A stretch of 64,000 nucleotides of DNA from Octopus vulgaris (taxonomy: Eukaryota). Below are positions 63,774 to 64,000 of the stretch, in pieces; within the stretch, counting starts at the first letter, position 1; each line of letters begins with the position of its first letter. The notes under the pieces are model-generated. The model was not told the DNA's origin. It ran no database searches and worked only from the letters and a program-made list of their open reading frames with translations. The DNA lies in NCBI GenBank assembly GCA_951406725.2, contig OX597833.1:11656001-11720000 (forward strand), given 5' to 3'. The translations under genes and the position numbers were made by a program.

Positions 63774-64000
63774 CCATACACATGTATATATATATATCTA
63801 TGGTAAAACTTTGGTTTATATATTAATTCAATCTAAATACAGGAATTTATAATATAAATTAAACTTACATACATGTATATACATGTACTCATACATACAT
63901 GCATGTATATACCCTCACATGCATGTGCCAACTCAACCATACATTTTTAATATTAAAAAAATTATTATATATCTATAGATACATATGTACATATACATAT

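Overview
Eukaryotic, AT-rich, microsatellite-dense animal genomic DNA. The tRNA-headed SINEs and repeat make-up suggest a coleoid cephalopod, probably Octopus (inference). The only host genes found are three tandem minus-strand paralogs, each with 4 exons, consistent splice phases and 254-255 aa. Each encodes an N-terminal hydrophobic anchor, a short linker and a short-chain-collagen-C4 / spongin NC1-like domain, with no Gly-X-Y triple helix. The paralogs are mosaic, show three hypervariable loops on an invariant Cys scaffold, and copy 3 carries a tandemly duplicated exon 2. The terminal exon block sits inside an old sequence element that occurs uninterrupted and inverted at 61-63 kb. The rest is mobile DNA: a near-complete Penelope-like element (RT + GIY-YIG), decayed Penelope relics, about 8 type I hammerhead-ribozyme motifs (one present on both arms of a 590-bp palindrome), two head-to-tail R4/Dong LINEs in a (TAA)n tract, fossil APE-RT LINEs, Helitron-type elements, a Tc1 relic and SINEs. 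Most ORFs in the supplied track are microsatellite artefacts. All alignments, translations and folds were done by eye.
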